A DNA stretch of 64,000 nucleotides from Anaerovoracaceae bacterium (GTDB lineage: Bacteria > Bacillota > Clostridia > Christensenellales > Aristaeellaceae), in assembly GCA_963590165.1 (NCBI GenBank), contig CAVANO010000011.1:12988-76987 (forward strand). The letters run 5' to 3'. The stretch's first letter is position 1. Every line of letters starts with the position of its first letter. Shown here in pieces: positions 38,323 through 47,067 of this stretch. Made by a program: the position numbers and the translations under genes. Under the pieces are notes generated by a model. The model did not search any database and was not told the origin of the DNA. It worked only from the letters and a program-made list of their open reading frames with translations.

Positions 38323-38889
38323 TTATTCGGTATAAACCGCCCTTGCACCGCCGATGTAGGGCAGGCGCGAGTAGGCCATCACGAGATTCGCTTGACCGAC
38401 ATGATTGGTGGAGATACGCAGCGGCACGGCAACCGGACGGATGTGCATGCCGACAAGCGTATCGCCGATGTCGATCGCGGCATCTGCCTGAATGCTGACT
38501 GCCAGCGCAGGCTTATTCATGCGCTTCCACGCCGCCGCAGGGACGCTGCCGCCTGCTTTGGGCTGCGGCACAGCACGCACCTGTGTCAGGTTCATCGCCT
38601 TGAGCACCGGCAACTCCAGCACAATGCCGCGGTTCAGGTGCTCGCAGCACTGGAACGCCGCATGGAAGCCGCGGCTGCTGCATGCGTTCAGCATCGCGTC
38701 CGCTACCATTTCGCCAAGCTCCGGCACACTGCCCTTGCCGATGCGCGCGCCGACAATCTCGCTTGTCGAGCAGCCCAGCACAATGACGCTGCCTGCCTCG
38801 AGGTGCCCTGCGTCCATCAGTGCGTCAACCGCCTCATCGAGAATCCGATTGATTTCGACGCGAAGCTCTTCCTTTTCCTGTTCATTCAT
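38323..38889 (-). CDS. UPF0340/YwlG-family protein (TIGR01440-like)
   Basis: ORF 38323..38925. ATG 38889 lies after GAGGGAG. VIVLGCSTSEI.G..IG...CCEHLNR...VGMHIRPVAVP pattern. Confidence 0.7.
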   Translation of the reverse strand: MNEQEKEELRVEINRILDEAVDALMDAGHLEAGSVIVLGCSTSEIVGARIGKGSVPELGEMVADAMLNACSSRGFHAAFQCCEHLNRGIVLELPVLKAMNLTQVRAVPQPKAGGSVPAAAWKRMNKPALAVSIQADAAIDIGDTLVGMHIRPVAVPLRISTNHVGQANLVMAYSRLPYIGGARAVYTE

Positions 38890-39985
38890 GTTGAATCGCT
38901 CCCTCTTGCTTATTTTGACCTGCATCCTGGGATGGCAGGTGATTTTGCCGAATCATGTCCAGCGTATTTTCCGCGCCGATGGCAGCCAGTTTGCCGAGGA
39001 GCACGGCGACCATCTTTGCCGATTCCTTATCTGCCTGATACACCGCGGTCAGGCTGCCGGGAATGTCCTTGATCACGTCCTTCAGGCTGACGCGCTTCGT
39101 TGTCGCCAGCAACGTGAAGATGCCGTCAACAAACTGCCGCCGCTGCTCCTTTGAGCACTGTGCCAACCACTGGTGCACCGTCTGATTCACCAGCATGCTG
39201 CGCTTGTCCAGCCCCTCCGCATAGCAGAAGTCGCGACCGAGCATCTCCCATGAAAACGGATCATGCTGCATGATGCCGAAGTTCGAGGACTGGACAACGC
39301 GGTGAACCGGATGCGCCGCAAGCAGCAGTCCAACGACCGCGAACTGCGGCACATAGGCGATGATGCGCTTCGTGACGGCTTCATATCCGGCAGATGCCGC
39401 CGTATCATCATCCACGCCGGGACCATCGAAGCTGACGATGCGTTTCAGCCGCGGCTGAAGCGCCGCAGGCGTATGCGCCGCCGCATATACGGCAAGATTG
39501 CCGCCCTTGCTGTGACCTGTCACGAGGAAATCCCCCGTGTCCTCCTGCAGATGGCGCGTCAGGTACGCCTGTGCGGCTGCCTGCGCCGGAACAGGACTCT
39601 CAAATGACATGGCGAAATCCTCACGCCAGCCGGTTTCGCTGCCGTCCGTTCCGCGGAAGGCAACGACATGCGAGCCGTCCGGCAAATCGATGGTCATCGC
39701 GGCAAACTGCACTTCATCATTCAGGACGGACACGGCATCGCGCACCATCAAATCGCCGAAACGTTCGGACTGCCCAAGCTGTGCCATCAGAAGACAGCAT
39801 TCGTCATGGAAATGATCCGTATTTTTCCCGCGGTCAGCTTTTTCGGCACAGGCGCGCAGGATCCCTTCTTTCGGCAGGTCGAGATACACCGCGACCGCGA
39901 ACACAAGGAGGTCGATATCACACCGCGGCGACAGCGAAAAGGGCAAATCTCCACGCCAGGAGAGGTAATCAGGAAGATGTCCCAT
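38882..39985 (-). CDS. DUF2974 (Mbeg1-like) alpha/beta-hydrolase, lipase-like
   Basis: ORF 38882..40210. ATG 39985 lies after AAGGAGG, and the upstream extension lies in repeats. Nucleophile elbow VTGHSKGGNLAVYAA. 8-nt overlap with the downstream gene. Confidence 0.75.
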   Translation of the reverse strand: MGHLPDYLSWRGDLPFSLSPRCDIDLLVFAVAVYLDLPKEGILRACAEKADRGKNTDHFHDECCLLMAQLGQSERFGDLMVRDAVSVLNDEVQFAAMTIDLPDGSHVVAFRGTDGSETGWREDFAMSFESPVPAQAAAQAYLTRHLQEDTGDFLVTGHSKGGNLAVYAAAHTPAALQPRLKRIVSFDGPGVDDDTAASAGYEAVTKRIIAYVPQFAVVGLLLAAHPVHRVVQSSNFGIMQHDPFSWEMLGRDFCYAEGLDKRSMLVNQTVHQWLAQCSKEQRRQFVDGIFTLLATTKRVSLKDVIKDIPGSLTAVYQADKESAKMVAVLLGKLAAIGAENTLDMIRQNHLPSQDAGQNKQEGAIQHE

Positions 39986-40011
39986 GAGGTTTGCCTCCTT
40001 ATTTTGACTTT

Positions 40012-40200
40012 TGCGGGCTTTGTGATTGCGGATTTCGTCCGTTTTCGTTGAACCCCTTCGGGCATACTTGTCATTTCCATCGTTGAGCTTTGGCAAACGA
40101 TATAATGCCTTGCATTTTAAACCCACTATGGAAGTGCGAATCCGAAGGGTGCAGGGGCGACCGGAAAGATCCTGCTCGCCTCCGCAGAGGCGAAACCCCT
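40012..40200. repeat. Composite of three repeat-family modules (solo)
   Basis: GGGCTTTGTGATTGCGGAtttcGTCCGttttcgttgaaCCCCTTCGG (as at 43.55 kb). TCATTTCCATCGTTGAGCTTTGGCAAACGA (as in array C). CCGAAGGGTGCAGGGGCGACCGGAAAGATCCTGCTCGCCTCCGCAGAGGCGAAACCCC (as in arrays A and D). Confidence 0.85.
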
Positions 40201-40258
40201 GATTGTCCAATCATCACTGATTTCTCCGAAGGAATTGAAGCAAGTGACGGTAAAGCCC

Positions 40259-43200
40259 TTACTTCAATTCTCCGCTTGCTTTCATGGCTTCGTACTGCTC
40301 CAGCGAAATCAGGCAGCGGCGGGGCTTTGCGCCGTCCTTAGCAGAGATGATGCCGCGCTGCTCCATTTCATCGACAAGGCGTCCTGCGCGCGCATAGCCG
40401 AGCTTCAGCCGGCGCTGAATCAGGCTGGTCGAGACCTCGCGGTCGCGCACTGCCATTTCCACGCACTGCGAGAACAGGTCACGGTCGGACGCGGCGTATT
40501 CATCCACGGTCGAATTGGCATCGGGGTCGTCTTCGTCGCCGTCGTTGCCGGCGTTCTCAAGGCGAGCCATTTCATCCAGCACGGAATTGTCGTAGTTGGC
40601 AGGCGAATACTGGCGGATAAAGTCGGTAATGCCGTTGACCTCATCGTCTGTCAGGAAGCAACCCTGCACACGAATCGGCGTAAACTCGCCCATCGGCATG
40701 TACAGCATATCGCCGTAGCCCAGCAGCTGTTCGGCACCGTTGCGGTCGAGAATCGTGCGGCTGTCGACGTTCGAGGACACCTTAAACGCGATTCGGCTGG
40801 GGATATTCGCCTTAATCAGACCGGTAATGACATCCACGGACGGACGTTGCGTTGCGACGACCAGATGAATGCCGGCAGCACGGGCGAGCTGCGCCAGACG
40901 GCAGATGCGCTCTTCGACTTCCTTCTTGCACGTCATCATCAGGTCAGCCAGCTCGTCAATCACGATGACGATGCGCGGCAGCGGCTCTTCGTCCTCATCA
41001 AGGGACTCGTTGTAGCCGTCAATGGCGCGGACGCCCTTTTCCTGGAACAGCGTGTAGCGGTTCATCATCTCGCCGACTGCCCAGCCCAGCGCGCCGCTTG
41101 CCTTATGCGGGTCGGACACGACAGGAATCAGCAGGTGCGGAATGCCGTTGTAGCACTGCAATTCAACGACCTTCGGGTCAACGAGAATCATGCGGACTTC
41201 CTTGGGCGAGCAGCGGTACAGCAGCGAATTGATAATCGTGTTGATACACACGGATTTACCAGAACCGGTTGCACCGGCAATCAGCAGATGCGGCATTTTC
41301 GCAAGGTCGCAGAGAATCGGCACGCCGGCAATGTCCTTGCCGAGTGCGACGCTCAGCCGTCCCTTTGCCTTGCGCATCACGTCGGACTGCAGGACTTCCT
41401 TGAGCGTGACGGTCGTGCGTGCGCTGTTCGGCACCTCAACGCCGACAAGTGCCTTGCCGGGAATGGGCGCTTCGATGCGGACGGACTTGACCGCCATATT
41501 CATGGCGATGTTGTGGTTGAGGTTCGTGACCTTCGAGACCTTGATGCCCGGCGCGATTTCCAGCTCAAAGCGCGAAATCGCCGGTCCGTGCGTGATGTGG
41601 CGCACTTTCGCCGGAATGCGGAAGGACTTAAGCGTCTCTTCCAGCCGCTGGGTGCGCATGATATCCTCCTCCTCACTGATGCCCTGCTGAGGCGGCGGGT
41701 CGCGCAGGAGGATGACCGGCGGATACGTGTAGGGGATTTCAGGGTTGTAGGTGGACATGGCGGATGCGCCTGTTGCACTCGGTCCGCCGGACGGCGCTTC
41801 GGCGGTCGGTTTGGCGACCATGATGCCCTGCTTGGCGGAAGGCGGCGTGAAATCAGGCTTCTGCAGCGTTTCAGGGACGCTCCGCATGCCGGTGGACTTC
41901 TCCTGCGGTAGCTTCAATTCAGGCTGCCACGCGCCCTCGGGACGCGGTTGCGTCAGTACGGGCGACACAGCCTCCTTCGGCGCCTCCTCCGACTCCTCCC
42001 ACGGCGGACGGTCATCGAGCGACTCCGGAAATTCCGGCTCATCCTCAAGATCCTCCTCTGAAGGCTGTGCAACAGGCTTCGCCTGATTTGGCTCTGCCTG
42101 ATTTGGCATTGCCTGGTCTGGCATTGCCTGCACAGGCGATGTCTGTTGTGCCGTTTGCACAGGCGAAGCCTGTTGCGTCGTTTGCACAGGCGAAGCCTGC
42201 TGCATCGGTACGTCATTCCAGGTATACTGCGCCGGCGCACCGAGACCGGTATCTGCATTGCTCTTCGGCAGCTCATATGGGTCGATATTCGGCGGCTCAA
42301 CGGTCTCCGCATCGGTAAACGCCGGATTTTGCGCTGTATTGCCCTGCGGTTCCACTGCCTGCACAGCGCCCGTGCTGCTCCATGCAGAACGGCGGCGCGG
42401 CGTTGTCCAGCCTTCCGCAACGCTCGTCTGACCAAGTTCCTCCGCTGTCGGCGCGAAGCCGATATGGGTGTTCTTCCGGCTCTGAACGGAGGTAATCGGC
42501 TGCCCCTGCATTTCCGGCTTCGTGGGCTGATTCACCTGCTGCGGCCGCTGGTACGGGCTCTGTGCACCCTGCTGAGCCGTTGTCCCGGTTACCGGGTTCC
42601 CGGTTATCGGCTGCCCGGTTACCGGATTCCCGGCGACCGGGTTCCCGGTTATCGGATTCCCGGCGACCGGGTTCCCGGTTATCGGGTTCCCGGCGACCGG
42701 TTGCCTCGTTGTGCCGGGACGGGCATAAGGAGACGGACCACCCTGCGTATATCCGCCGCCATAGGGCTGCTGCGCCTGCGCTGCAATCTGCTGCTGACGC
42801 GCTGCTTCCTGACGGCGCGCCTCCTCCTCGGCGGCACGTTCAGCGCGCTCCTCCTGCCGCTCGCGTGCCAGTTCCAAGCGCTCGCTCAATGCTTCCTTCA
42901 GCCGTTTGACGAGCGGCCAGCAGCCAATCAGCACATCCACCGCAATCAGCAGACCCAGCACAACCGTGCCGAGCGTTCCGCCGAGGTACTTCCACAGCGG
43001 CCACGCCAGCAGCATGCCGACCATGCCGCCGCCCTGTCCCTTCATGCCATAGGTCATGCTCCGCGACATCATGCCGCCGAAGCTGTCAGAACCGTCAAGT
43101 GCCTTGATATAATCCGGCAGACAGAGCTGCCCTTCATTCGTGCTGACGAACGTCACCAGCGTCAGGAAACCGCACAGCAGCACGACAAGAATCGCATAGC

Positions 43201-43510
43201 AGACGACATAGCGTTTCGTCACCTTGCGTGTTGTCAGGATCAGCATCAGGATGCCGCCGGCAATCAGCGCGAACGTCATCAGCAGCGTCATCGAGCCGAA
43301 CATGGAGGACGAGAACTGCGTCAGATAGCGGAACACATCGTGCTGCAGCCCGAAACCTGCGCCAAGCAGCGTCAGGATGCCGGTCGCCAGCAGCAGGATT
43401 CCGATCATCAGGTATGCTGCCAGCGAATCTGCCTCATAGCGAGGCATCGCTTTTCGTTTTGTTCCGCCGGTGCCCTTACGGGATGAGGTGGATTTTTTGT
43501 TTTGCGCCAT
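40259..43510 (-). CDS. ftsK: DNA translocase FtsK/SpoIIIE
   Basis: 1083 aa. N-terminal TM helices, long Pro/Gln-rich repetitive linker, motor domain with LLIAGATGSGKS Walker A, C-terminal winged-helix gamma domain. Confidence 0.93.
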   Translation of the reverse strand: MAQNKKSTSSRKGTGGTKRKAMPRYEADSLAAYLMIGILLLATGILTLLGAGFGLQHDVFRYLTQFSSSMFGSMTLLMTFALIAGGILMLILTTRKVTKRYVVCYAILVVLLCGFLTLVTFVSTNEGQLCLPDYIKALDGSDSFGGMMSRSMTYGMKGQGGGMVGMLLAWPLWKYLGGTLGTVVLGLLIAVDVLIGCWPLVKRLKEALSERLELARERQEERAERAAEEEARRQEAARQQQIAAQAQQPYGGGYTQGGPSPYARPGTTRQPVAGNPITGNPVAGNPITGNPVAGNPVTGQPITGNPVTGTTAQQGAQSPYQRPQQVNQPTKPEMQGQPITSVQSRKNTHIGFAPTAEELGQTSVAEGWTTPRRRSAWSSTGAVQAVEPQGNTAQNPAFTDAETVEPPNIDPYELPKSNADTGLGAPAQYTWNDVPMQQASPVQTTQQASPVQTAQQTSPVQAMPDQAMPNQAEPNQAKPVAQPSEEDLEDEPEFPESLDDRPPWEESEEAPKEAVSPVLTQPRPEGAWQPELKLPQEKSTGMRSVPETLQKPDFTPPSAKQGIMVAKPTAEAPSGGPSATGASAMSTYNPEIPYTYPPVILLRDPPPQQGISEEEDIMRTQRLEETLKSFRIPAKVRHITHGPAISRFELEIAPGIKVSKVTNLNHNIAMNMAVKSVRIEAPIPGKALVGVEVPNSARTTVTLKEVLQSDVMRKAKGRLSVALGKDIAGVPILCDLAKMPHLLIAGATGSGKSVCINTIINSLLYRCSPKEVRMILVDPKVVELQCYNGIPHLLIPVVSDPHKASGALGWAVGEMMNRYTLFQEKGVRAIDGYNESLDEDEEPLPRIVIVIDELADLMMTCKKEVEERICRLAQLARAAGIHLVVATQRPSVDVITGLIKANIPSRIAFKVSSNVDSRTILDRNGAEQLLGYGDMLYMPMGEFTPIRVQGCFLTDDEVNGITDFIRQYSPANYDNSVLDEMARLENAGNDGDEDDPDANSTVDEYAASDRDLFSQCVEMAVRDREVSTSLIQRRLKLGYARAGRLVDEMEQRGIISAKDGAKPRRCLISLEQYEAMKASGELK

Positions 43511-43533
43511 TCTGTCCTCCTAATGGTTCTCTT

Positions 43534-43582
43534 TGGGGGCTTTGTGATTGCGGACTTCGTCCGATTTTCAGAACCCCTTCGC
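43534..43582. repeat. Solo repeat module
   Basis: GGGGGCTTTGTGATTGCGGACttcGTCCGattttcagaaCCCCTTCG, a near-copy of 40012-40060. Confidence 0.8.
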
Positions 43583-43593
43583 AATGTACTCTT

Positions 43594-44826
43594 TCAAAGC
43601 TGATTCTCCGCTTGCATCAGCATAACCATCTTCAAAACGCCGTCTTCATCGGCATGCAGACATAGCGTTGCATTCTCCCATAGCGCGTAATAGTCCGTTT
43701 GCCCTGCGACCATGCGACGCAATTCAGCATCGTCTGCGCTGACGTTTGCCGTGCTGTCTGGTTCGCCGAGCGCCTCACGCCATTCCGCCTGCGTCGTCCG
43801 GCCGGTCATCAACCCGCAGAGCATCAGCCGCTCTGTCCGAATAACCTGAACAATGCTGCTGTTGAGGCTGTCGGTCAGATTGTCCGTCAGGAGCGATACG
43901 CCGCGGAATGCGCCGTCCTCCAGCGAAATCAGCCGCTGACTGCCTGCCAAGTCGGGGTCGTTCAGCAGCGCGTACGTATCAATGAGCGACTGCACATTGT
44001 CGCCAAGCGCCGCCGGAATACCGGGGAATGCACCGCCTGCGAGCACCTGACGGATCGTTTCCTTCGCGTCTGCCGGGAAAGCCATCTGCGACGGTACGCC
44101 CAGCCGCGTCAGGATGCTGCCATCCGACAAATCAAGCACCTCCGCGATTTCGCTCCAGAGAATCGTGATTGTGCCGGCACGCTCCGCCAGCGTTTCAAAC
44201 CGCTGAATCGGGTAATGGAATGTGATGGCGTATTCCGTGAGCGAAAACACGTCCGGCACCGGCAGCAGTTCCGCCGCGCCCAGATGATCGCTCAGCTCCG
44301 GCTCGATTGTCTCTTCAATCAGCGCAGTGATGGCATCGTTTGCCGCATCCGCATCGGTGAAAAGCGCGTCCAGCGAGATGCTTTCGCCGGTGCGCAGGTC
44401 AATATTAACGGCAGACCACGCCTGCGTTGAGCGTTCGGTCTCCAGTGCGCCGTCCGCAAGAAAAGCCACGGACAGCACATCGCCGGTCAATGTTGCCGTG
44501 TAGGAAACATCGATGCTGACCGGCAGGGACATCAACGCGGTCATGCGGGTCAGGCGGCTTTCAATCTGTCCGGCGGTTAAAATGGCATCGTTGACGGATT
44601 GCTGAAGCGCTTCATCCGCCATGCCCGTCACGGCAGGATAGCGGACGCTGCTTCCGCCCAGCGAAAGTCCTGCATCCGTCAGGGTGACAGCGGTGTTTTC
44701 AGCCGGCTTTTCCGGTGCATCGCCGATTCGGGTGACGCCGCCCTGCTCCGCCTTCGCAAGGGGCGGATTCTGCATTGCGGCGGTCAGCAGCATCATGGCA
44801 AGCAACAGGGAAACTGCTCGTTTCAT
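43594..44826 (-). CDS. Secreted protein, DUF4163/DUF3298 (RsiV-like) candidate
   Basis: ORF 43594..44832. ATG 44826 has GGAGG 9 nt upstream. Signal peptide MKRAVSLLLAMMLLTAAM...AKA. VRYPAVTGMADEALQQSVNDAI pattern. Confidence 0.7.
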   Translation of the reverse strand: MKRAVSLLLAMMLLTAAMQNPPLAKAEQGGVTRIGDAPEKPAENTAVTLTDAGLSLGGSSVRYPAVTGMADEALQQSVNDAILTAGQIESRLTRMTALMSLPVSIDVSYTATLTGDVLSVAFLADGALETERSTQAWSAVNIDLRTGESISLDALFTDADAANDAITALIEETIEPELSDHLGAAELLPVPDVFSLTEYAITFHYPIQRFETLAERAGTITILWSEIAEVLDLSDGSILTRLGVPSQMAFPADAKETIRQVLAGGAFPGIPAALGDNVQSLIDTYALLNDPDLAGSQRLISLEDGAFRGVSLLTDNLTDSLNSSIVQVIRTERLMLCGLMTGRTTQAEWREALGEPDSTANVSADDAELRRMVAGQTDYYALWENATLCLHADEDGVLKMVMLMQAENQL

Positions 44827-44895
44827 CAGCATAGTCCTCCTTGTGTGATTCTATTTTACATCATCTAACGAATTCACGCAAGTTTATCTTCCCAA

Positions 44896-45036
44896 GGCAA
44901 CACCGCACAAATGAGGTGATATGATGAACAGTGAATTTTGTGTCAAAGGCAGACCGGCGAAATAAACTTTTATTTCGGCGCCGCAGTTGGTGCAAAAGGC
45001 ATGTTCAGCGGCGCCACTGAATTGTGCGGTATTGCC
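44896..45036. mobile_element. MITE-like element, copy 2 (141 bp, inverted relative to copy 1)
   Basis: GGCAACACCGCACAA ... TTGTGCGGTATTGCC. The arms match copy 1 in reverse complement. The central hairpin differs (GCGAAATAAacttTTATTTCGgC). Confidence 0.7.
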
Positions 45037-45114
45037 GTAACTGCGGGCAAAAGAAGAGGCTGCCTCTCCCGACCTGACGGTCCTGTTGAGACAGCCTCCG
45101 AAAGGCCGTTGTGA

Positions 45115-46911
45115 TTACTTGTTTTCCGGCATGATAACCGCCTTGATGCGGCGCACGCCTGCGGAGGAGCTTTCCTCCTTCTGAATCTTGAAGCCGCCCA
45201 GCTCGCCCGTGGTCTGTGCATGCGGGCCGCCGCAGATTTCAAAGGAGTAATCGCCCATCTTGTACGTGCGGACGCGCTCGCCGTACTTGGATTCAAACAG
45301 ACCGATGGCACCCTTCGCCTTCGCTTCCGGCACCGTCATTTCCTCGCAGACGACCGGCACATTTGCGGCAATCGCCTCGTTGACGAGCTTTTCGACCTCG
45401 GCCAGCTCTTCCTTGGTCACCTTGCGGCCGAAGGAGAAGTCGAAGCGGAGGCGCTCAGCGGTGATGTTCGAGCCCTTCTGCGCGACCTCGTCGCCCAGCA
45501 CCTTGCGCAGCGCCGCGTGCAGCAGATGCGTCGCGGTGTGCAGGCGTGCCGTCTCGACGCTCGTGTCCGCCAGACCGCCCTTGAACTTCTGCTCAGCGCC
45601 CTGATGGCTCAGCTCCTGATGCTTGCGGAATGCCTCGGCGAAGCCTTCCGTGTCAACCGTCAGACCGCGCTCGCCAGCCAGCTCAACCGTCATTTCAATC
45701 GGGAAGCCGAACGTGTCATAGAGGTGGAAGGCGGTTTCGCCGTCAATCTTGCCGTCGGCGGCGCGGGTCGCGACCTTGTCGAATTCCTTGTTGCCCTGCT
45801 TGAGGGTGCGTGCGAAGCGATTTTCCTCCAGCGCAAGCTGTTCGAGCACGAATGCAGCGTTGCGTGCCAGTTCGGGATATGCTTCCTTGTACTGGTCGAT
45901 AATCACGCGCGCGATGTCGCCGGTGAAGCCGTCAGGCATGCCGATCTGCATGCCGTAGCGGACGGTGCGGCGGATCAGGCGGCGGAGGATATAGCCCTGA
46001 TCGGTGTTGGACGGGGACACGCCGCGGTCATCGCCGAGGATGAAAGTGGACGTGCGCATATGGTCGGCAATAATGCGGAATGCCTTGGTCGTGTCGGCAT
46101 CCTGCTCATACGTCTTGCCGGACAGCTCGGCGATCTTCGCGAGAATGTTGGTGAATGCGTCCGTCTCGTAGACCGTCTTCTTGCCGGTCAGCACGCAGAT
46201 GGTGCGCTCCAGACCCATGCCGGTATCGACATTCTTCTGCTTGAGCGGGATGAACGTGCCGTCCTTTTGCTTGTTGTACTGCATGAAGACGTCGTTCCAG
46301 ATTTCCAGATACGCGCCGCAGTGGCAGGCAGGCGAGCAGTTCGGGCCGCAGGGCTTCTTGGTGATGATGAACATTTCCGTATCCGGACCGCACGGACCCG
46401 TGATGCCGGCAGGTCCCCACCAGTTATGCTCCTTGGGCAGGTAGAACAGGTGATCATCCTTCACGCCGCAGCTGCGCCAGAGGTTTGCCGCCTCCTCGTC
46501 GCGCGGGCAGTCTTCATCGCCCTCGAAGACGGTGAACGCCAGCTTATCGGGATCAAGCCCCAGATACTGTTCGCTCGTGAGGAACTCCCAGCTCCACGGG
46601 ATCATTTCCTTCTTGAAATAATCGCCCAGCGACCAGTTGCCCAGCATCTCGAAGAACGTCAGGTGGCTCGGATCGCCCACATCATCGATATCGCCGGTGC
46701 GGATGCACTTCTGCACGTCCGTCAGGCGTGTGCCGGCGGGATGCGGCGTACCCATCAGGTACGGCACCAGCGGATGCATGCCGGCGGTGGTGAAGAGGAC
46801 AGTGGGGTCATTCTCCGGAATGACGGAGGCGGACGGAATGCGATGATGTCCCTTCGATTCCATGAACTTCTGGAACATTTCCCGCAGCTGTGCGGAGGTG
46901 ATCTGCTTCAT
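45115..46911 (-). CDS. alaS: Alanine--tRNA ligase homologue lacking the C-Ala domain (598 aa)
   Basis: ORF 45115..46941. ATG 46911 lies after GAAGGGAG. FTTAGMHPLVPYLMG, TFFEMLGNWSLGDYFK (class II core). Editing-domain HTATHLLHAAL and CGGPH. Stops right after AGVRRIKAV. Confidence 0.85.
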   Translation of the reverse strand: MKQITSAQLREMFQKFMESKGHHRIPSASVIPENDPTVLFTTAGMHPLVPYLMGTPHPAGTRLTDVQKCIRTGDIDDVGDPSHLTFFEMLGNWSLGDYFKKEMIPWSWEFLTSEQYLGLDPDKLAFTVFEGDEDCPRDEEAANLWRSCGVKDDHLFYLPKEHNWWGPAGITGPCGPDTEMFIITKKPCGPNCSPACHCGAYLEIWNDVFMQYNKQKDGTFIPLKQKNVDTGMGLERTICVLTGKKTVYETDAFTNILAKIAELSGKTYEQDADTTKAFRIIADHMRTSTFILGDDRGVSPSNTDQGYILRRLIRRTVRYGMQIGMPDGFTGDIARVIIDQYKEAYPELARNAAFVLEQLALEENRFARTLKQGNKEFDKVATRAADGKIDGETAFHLYDTFGFPIEMTVELAGERGLTVDTEGFAEAFRKHQELSHQGAEQKFKGGLADTSVETARLHTATHLLHAALRKVLGDEVAQKGSNITAERLRFDFSFGRKVTKEELAEVEKLVNEAIAANVPVVCEEMTVPEAKAKGAIGLFESKYGERVRTYKMGDYSFEICGGPHAQTTGELGGFKIQKEESSSAGVRRIKAVIMPENK

Positions 46912-47067
46912 ATATGGGTTGCTCCCTTCGGTTAAATGCACAAAATCAGTTGCAAGGGTTATTATATCATTCTATCCGGCGATTTGCAAGGGTTATCGTC
47001 CGTTATTGACAAAGCCTATGCCATGGCGCTATACTAAGCCCACGCAATACAGCAAGGAGGCTCCACC

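Noticed and set aside
45037-45114. Remnant of a C-Ala domain downstream of the short alaS (pseudogenisation)
   Set aside because: Only 288 nt separate alaS from the next gene and half of that is the MITE-like element. No frame in the gap resembles AlaRS C-terminal sequence.
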